From positions 88,536,001-88,600,000 of the forward strand of contig NC_092345.1 of NCBI RefSeq assembly GCF_963676685.1: DNA of 64,000 nucleotides, read 5' to 3'. The notes below the pieces were generated by a model, which worked only from the letters and a program-made list of their open reading frames with translations, searched no databases and had not been told where the DNA came from. Below are positions 59,701 to 64,000 of this stretch, one piece after another. Within the stretch, counting starts at the first letter, position 1, and each line of letters opens with the position of its first letter. Both the position numbers and the translations under genes were made by a program. The DNA is from Mytilus edulis. Its lineage: Eukaryota.

Positions 59701-61477
59701 AAACTACCGGTATTGTCGATGTACGCATCCGAAACTACATCCACTGTTGTTACAGTTTCAAGGTGTTTCATAACGAGTATGCTGATAGGGTATTATGCCC
59801 TTACCTTAAAATAAAACGTGAACCTGTTACAAGAGTGGATGAAGTCTTGGATGCATATGGTATATATGCAACACATGTTAGGATATTCTATCTTAACCAC
59901 CACGTCATGTATTTCAAGTTAAGCACCATATTCACATTAAAATCATGGTGCATGTGTCTGATGCAGTGAAACACAAACTTAAACGAGTCATTTTTATCAA
60001 GCAGTCGTTACTGATGATGATGTCATTACTGTTTTGCTATTCCGTGACATATGGGTAGACGAACTATGGATTGCGTTTAGGAGGGGGAAAAGCTTTGGAT
60101 AAATATCTATCAACGACCTTTCAAATGCACTACCGATGAGTGATCACACACACATATTGTGATCCATGTATTTACTGGTTGTGATACGTTTTTCTGTTTG
60201 CCTGAAAAGGTAAAAAAAGACTGCGTGGGGGACATTGATGGCATTTGAAGATGTGACTTTAACATTAAGAATGATAATTGAACCGCCTAAATAACCGGTG
60301 TTTACTGTAAGACCACTTATCAGATGGGGTTAGCATGGTTAACAAAGCAAGAAATAACTATTTATTTACGCAAAAGGGAAGACTAATTGAGGCTATTCCC
60401 TCAACTTAGTCTAGTTTTTTCCAGCATGCAAAACGTACAATATACTAAGACACGTGTTTAGGGGACGAGCTTGAAATTGGCTCTTATGCTACCCAGTCCA
60501 GACACGATGACGAAGGGACAAAGAGGATCACTTTTAAAACTCTTTCTGAAGCCTCATCTTTTTGTCAGAAGCTTGCACATTGTGGATGTAATAAAGGTTG
60601 CCGCGGTTGTTGTTAATGTGGAAATCAAGTCTCCCGTGCCATGTGTCGTGTACATGAGGTGTTGACTGGAAATTAACATGTTTTTGGCCAAATAGTGGTA
60701 ATTTTTAAAATGTTTTAGTACTTAAGTGATTTTATTTTGTTTTAATAAATCTATCAAAAACTCTACATGGGAGATATGGATTGAGGACTCATATCTTACA
60801 TCTACGCCATATTATTTATTTTTTTACAGGAAGTGTTAATTTTGGCTTTAAATATCAACTACAGAATATGATCAATGGTTAGGAGGATAACTTAAATCCA
60901 AAAAGTTAATGACCAACACAAAAAAAACCACTTTCTTCACATTTTGAAAAGAAGTTGAATATCAAAATAAAAAAATGATATTTCTATGTCCGCCATTTTG
61001 AATATTACCGGAAGTAGTTGTTTAAGACACATGTCTTATACATTGTATCCCTTAGAAGCAACAAAGAAGGGTTCCTGTACGATTTAATGATAGTAGCAAT
61101 ACGTTGAAACACATTTCAATCATCCTTCCTAAAAAAATATTTTAGTACAATGTCCGCCACGTTGGATTTTACCAGAAGTAGGGTTTTTAAAGACAACTTC
61201 TCTATATAATATATCTAAAAGTAGTACATAACAAAGGTTTGTACCAAATATTATTATAGCAGCATGATAATAATACGTTTTACATACTAGCCTTTGATAT
61301 TGGGCTGATTTAAGTATGATGCCCGCCATTTTGGATTTTACCGGAAGTGAGACATTTTTTCAAATGCTTCCTTATCTGAAATAAAAGAGTAGTAGTTGAG
61401 GAAGGTCTATGCCAAATTTCATGCTTGAAGCAGGATGTGCACAATTCGTCTGGAATATGCTTGTAGCCGCTGGACTA
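56777..61477. mobile_element. Decayed Academ-like (XPG nuclease-bearing) DNA transposon with a palindromic layout
   Basis: TAG...CTA termini; long inverted arms. Remnants RTVDTDVAVIAV, LWxAF, HxFTGCDT, GKKTAW and CGCNKGCRG occur on + (60020-60660) and again inverted on - (58760-59520). Confidence 0.65.
57669..58755 (+). mobile_element. 5'-truncated non-LTR retrotransposon (LINE) 3' end inserted in the Academ-like arm
   Basis: ORF2 C-terminus GELGRYPL...FRISNHDLEIERGRY...CNLC...EDELHFLLKC (stop 58414); AATAAA at 58725; (TTTGA)n tail; flanking direct repeat TTGATAAGA (57660-57668 and 58752-58760). Confidence 0.85.
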
Positions 61478-62206
61478 ATACCGCATATAGAATCATATTT
61501 TAAATTTCAAAATCGAAAAACAAATGTTAGTAAGTATTAATATGAAGACAAGAATTTGTTCCTTACTGACAAAAATGTAAAACACATACAGTGTTGTCTT
61601 AAGAGTTGCATGTCAATATAAAAATAAAGGAGATTGATTGCCTATGAGACAACTAATCAACCAACGTTGAAATGTAGTGGATGTAATAAAATTGAGAATG
61701 GAAATGGGGAATGTGTCAAAGAGACAACATCCCGACCAAATAAAAAACAACAGCAGAGGGTCACCAACAGGTCTTCAATGTAGCGAGAAATTCCCGCACC
61801 CGGAGGCGTCCCTCAGCTGGCCCCTAAACAAATATATACTAGTCCAGTGATAATGAACGCCATACTAATTTCCAAATTGTACACAAGAAACTAAAATAAA
61901 AATAATACAAGACTAACAAAGGCCAGAGGCTCCTGACTTGGGACAGGCGCAAAAATGCGGCGGGGTTAAACATGTTTGTGAGATCTCAACCCTCCCTCTA
62001 TACCTCTAACCAATGTAGAAAAGTAAACGCATAACAATACGCACATTAAAATTCAGTTCAAGAGAAGTCCGAGTCTGATGTCAGAAGATGTAACCAAAGA
62101 AAATAAACAAAATGACAATAATACATAAATAACAACAGACTACTAGCAGTTAAATGACATGCCAGCTCCAGACTTCAATTAAACTGACTGAAAGATTATG
62201 ATTTCA

Positions 62207-62265
62207 TCATATGAACATCAGGCACAATCCTTCCCGTTAGGGGTTTAGTATCATAACATATATGA
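62207..62265 (-). promoter_or_regulatory. Type-II SECIS-like hairpin in the element's 3' UTR (5' strand appears shortened)
   Basis: Minus strand: catatatgtt-ATGATACT-AAA-CCC-ctaac-GGG-a-AGGATTGTGCC-TGAT-gttcatatg, ~50 nt after the stop. Confidence 0.55.
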
Positions 62266-62315
62266 GAAGAACATAACCTGTGTCATGCCAATAACTGTTT
62301 TTAGAATAAATGTGT

Positions 62316-63447
62316 TTAGTTCCGATGCAAAGACCGTATCAGTGACTCAATATTAACGCCAAAATATGCAATCTTTAATGACTTGACAACAGTATCGTAA
62401 TTATATCCCTTCTTAATAAGTCTATTCAAAGGTTTTGTAAGTTTCTGAGGTGAATACTGACATCTTTGTGCTTTATAAAGACTATTTCCATAAAAAATTG
62501 GATGTGAAATACCTGAACGTATTAGAAGTCTGCATGTTGAGCTATATTTACGAATGATGTCTTTATACCGATGATAAAATTTAGTAAATGTTTTGACTAG
62601 TTTGTGATATCGAAAACCCTGGTGTAATAAGATTTCAGTAATACATAAATTTCTCTCGTTAAAATCTAAAACATTGTTATATACATGGGCGAATCGTGCA
62701 AGTTGAGATATATAAACACCGTAAGATGGTGACAAGGGAACGTCACCATCTAAAAACGGATAATTATCGATAGGACCGTGAGATTGTTTTTTACGAACAG
62801 TTTTAGAAACTATATCCAAAATGTTAACGGAATTGGTTCTAGATATATTACCAATTCCCATGATATTATCATTTAGACCGAGAGGGTAAACTGTCTTGTA
62901 ATTTTTTAATCCAATTTAATTCAATTCTTTTCCGTGATCGTACAAACTTTGAATGCGATTCACCAGGCTGCTTATTTACTACTTTTAAAGGTTGAACTGC
63001 TAAATATTTAAAAGGATGGTTGTGCTTCTTAAGGTGTTGGTAAATGACACTTTTGAATTTATTGGGTCTTTTAAAACGATACAGATGTTCTTGAGTGCGT
63101 TTAGATAAATATCGTCCAGTTTCTCCTACGTACTGAATACCACACCCCGGTTTGTTTCATGTGAGTAAATAAATAATACTGTTTGTTTTTAAAGTTATAT
63201 CAGTTTCAAAATGTAAAGAAAATGTGCGACCATTAAACGTGGATCTTACCGTAATGTTGGTTGAAAGACGGGGACATGTAAGTCATTTTTTGGCATGACA
63301 CTTATCGATAGAAGGGTAAACACGATTCTTATTGTTAAAAACGTTAGTGATGGTAGTATTTTTAGATAACCGATTTTGAAGATTGAGACGTGTAGATACC
63401 CTTTGAACAAGTTTAGTATTTAGTAATTTTCCATTTCTAAGCTTCAT
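62316..63447 (-). pseudogene. Naiad ORF remnant: Zn-finger/GIY-YIG fused to the post-RT C-terminal domain
   Basis: Two in-frame TGA (63283-63285, 63157-63159); one +1 frameshift near 62895; in-frame deletion junction near 62775; TAA at 62316-62318. Confidence 0.85.
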
Positions 63448-64000
63448 AATTGTTTTGTTAGTGAATTATATAATAAAGGAGCAAAGATTGGCGTCCAGAA
63501 TATGAACCAACATACAATAATTTAAGTTATATAAAATGGATAAATTTGTTCGGCTAAAAATGTCAAACGCTATCAGTATTAATTACCCGAAAAAGATAGG
63601 GTATATCAGGGTAGGACTGATGGCTGACTAAAGAGTAGAATGGGGCTGAATATTGAAATACTGCTTTTTGATAATTATTCCTAAAGTAATGAACTAGAGC
63701 AGTTCTCGCTCGGACACACCCTCCATAATCTAGTATATTATAAGAGCATAAACCTGAAGCACGGGGAGGCACTCTACTGCCTCCATACGGCACTAAAGAC
63801 AAACTCTGTAAAAAATCAAATTGAGAATGGAAATGGAGAATGTGTCAATGAGACAACAACCCGACCAAATAAAAAACAACTGCAGAGGGTCACCAACAGG
63901 TCTTCAATGTAGCGAGAAATTCACACGTAAGTAATTATAGGAAACTGTACGGCCTTCAACAACGAGGAAAACTAAACCCATATAGTCGGGTATGAAAGAA

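Larger units (their letters stand above)
61685..63922 (-). mobile_element. Penelope-like retroelement with N-terminal GIY-YIG endonuclease (Naiad type), RT core deleted, with pseudo-LTR
   Basis: ORF from ATG 63447: Cys cluster, IIY...QYVGET...R..EH, ELNWI...YPLGLN, then the PLE C-terminus NYPFLDGDVPLSPSYGVYISQL. The 3'-terminal ~105 bp (61687-61790) is repeated directly at 63818-63922. Confidence 0.88.

Noticed and set aside
61685-62315. Hammerhead ribozyme in the PLE terminal repeat
   Set aside because: No convincing CUGANGA...GAAA core with flanking stems found by eye; a covariance search would be needed.

Overview
AT-rich animal genomic DNA. The repeat families and gene structures point to a bivalve mollusc, probably Mytilus (inference). 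Host genes: the last six coding exons of the tubulin glutamylase TTLL4 (+, 1442-5690); a complete 12-coding-exon CCDC148 (-, 41694-19166); a 4-exon secreted Cys-rich VWC/pacifastin-like gene (+, 47795-50328); and a gene with a single coding exon for an OLD-family ABC-ATPase + TOPRIM nuclease (+, 53989-55938), an architecture known from bacterial and phage anti-viral defence. Mobile DNA: (1) an intact, very young Ty3/Gypsy LTR element (21070-29840) in a CCDC148 intron, with a -1 frameshift pseudoknot and a third ORF in the env position encoding an SGNH/GDSL hydrolase, apparently expressed from a spliced mRNA; (2) a Naiad-type Penelope-like element (-, ~61685-63922) whose N-terminal GIY-YIG region has in-frame TGA codons only at Cys positions, with a SECIS-like hairpin in its 3' UTR; (3) a palindromic Academ-like relic interrupted by a LINE; (4) several nested Helentron/HINE-like elements, MITEs and tandem arrays. 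TTLL4 also shows a candidate TGA-CTG stop-readthrough extension and an alternative acidic C-terminus. All calls are from manual reading; no searches were run.
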